From positions 4,154,001 to 4,218,000 of the forward strand of contig NW_026262679.1 of the NCBI RefSeq assembly GCF_021869535.1: a stretch of DNA of 64,000 bases, in the 5' to 3' direction. Made by a program: the position numbers and the translations under genes. The notes beneath the pieces are model-generated. The model ran no database searches. It was not told the origin of the DNA and was given only the letters and a program-made list of their open reading frames with translations. How positions within the stretch are numbered: position 1 is the stretch's first letter; each line of letters opens with the position of its first letter. This DNA is from Mytilus californianus. Its lineage: Eukaryota. Below are positions 62,447 to 64,000 of this stretch, in pieces.

Positions 62447-64000
62447 CTGAAAAGGGGATGGCAGGTTTAAGGTCAAGGACAGAAGACTATTATGTTTCCC
62501 AGACAAAAATGGAAGATTACAGAAAAAAACTTTTAAATAAAAACCTCAATCATGTAGTGCAAAGATCTCTACTTTTTTTCCATTTTATAATATTCGAACT
62601 ATTTCTTTTTCACTGGTTTTGTATGTATATACATGTATATGCTTAATGCATACATTTCTTTTCTTTAATAGTAAACAATTTCAGTCAAAAAACCTGGTTT
62701 ATGTAATTAAAATGATTCATTGTTGACTGTTTTGATTTCTGTATCAAGACAAAAGGATGTTTAACAACATAAAAAGCTATGTTTACATTAACACTACATG
62801 TACTTGAGGACTAAAGAACTAAAATATTTGAACTAAAATTAAATAATAACTATACTATAACTGTTTGTTAAAAGCATGGACTATCTATGGATAAAAAAGG
62901 AGTGAAAAGACAAAAGATAAAATTAGCAAAATAAACAACATTAATTAAAATCATGAGTGACCACACAGCCAATTTTAAACTTTCAAAGGGAGATAATCTT
63001 CAAATGACAATGTACATGTTCTTCACAGTAACACATGATTACAGGTACTGGCTATCATTAAAATAAATTTTGTAAGTTACAGATACATGAATACCCAGGG
63101 CTTCACATTTTTCTATTGGTTGAAGGGTTCCAGATTGTCAATTTATCATTCTCATAAGTCTACCTTCCTTTGTTAAAATTCAATTTACATTTATGATGTC
63201 AATAAACTTTGTTTAGAAATTATGTAAAATATATGCACTAATAATAATTAGTCTATATGTAGTAGGATAGACACCCCATCCATTTATAATAATTTTACAT
63301 ACATTTTTACTAGACATCTACTAGACATCTTTATATCTGAATTAATAACAGTATCTGGACAATAAATAACCCTTGTTCTTTGTAAATTGTTTTGTTATAA
63401 ATTAGGCCGCAAGTCAAAATGCAAGTTTTCTCAATTGAATTGTTTCATATTTTTCATGTCGGGCCTTTTATAGCCGCCTATACCGTATGGGTTTTTCTCA
63501 TTGTTGAAGGCTGTACAATTGCCTATATAATTGCTTACATCCACTTCATTTGAACTTTGGTGGATAGTTGTCTAATTGGAAATTATACCACATCTCCTTA
63601 TTTTTGTCTTGAATAAAGGTAGGATTTTATTTTTTATAAGGCAAAGAAAACTCACATATCTGCAAGAAGAAAATTAAGTTCAGGTAAACAAAAAACATAA
63701 TAAAGGGGATATTTATATATGTCAATGTAAAAGATAATCTGTTGTAAAATAAATTGCCTAACAAAAGTGCACTTTTTCTAAGACTGTTCCCCTCGATCTC
63801 TGTCCTCAGTTTCTAGCTAGAAAACTGTTGAACCTTGACTAACTTTTACCAAAATCAAAATGTTTTGTTCATATCCAAGGCCAATTATCTTCCAAAGATT
63901 GCTAAAGATCTTAATTATAGCTCACAAGATAATAAGTTGTCCTGAATTAATTTTTCCCAAAATGCAGTTTACTGTGCACTATGACCTTGATCTTTGATAC

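Overview
AT-rich eukaryotic genomic DNA, most likely a Mytilus-type bivalve judging from the repeat families (inference). Two spliced protein-coding genes lie head-to-tail on the minus strand. (1) A CRTC/TORC (CREB-regulated transcription coactivator) gene: ten in-frame exons reconstructed by hand from 62,446 down to the stop at 20,539. Its N-terminal exons lie beyond the right edge. The set includes a 36-nt exon that builds the LxRxxS kinase site, a candidate 12-nt microexon and a tandemly duplicated 5' splice site. (2) The first two coding exons of an hnRNP M/MYEF2-like gene with an RS-rich N-terminus (4,699 to 1,350), continuing off the left edge. The rest of the window holds a decayed Ty3/Gypsy element, a hAT transposase remnant, several MITEs (TTAA, TA and 5-bp target duplications), tRNA-derived SINE remnants, about 19 co-oriented non-autonomous Helentron-like (HINE) elements (some nested, some carrying satellite arrays) and several local tandem repeats. 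No CRISPR array, rRNA or tRNA gene was found. Almost all other ORFs in the supplied track are repeat-derived or spurious. I found no wholly new biological system; the most interesting signals concern the splicing architecture of CRTC and the organisation of the HINE elements.
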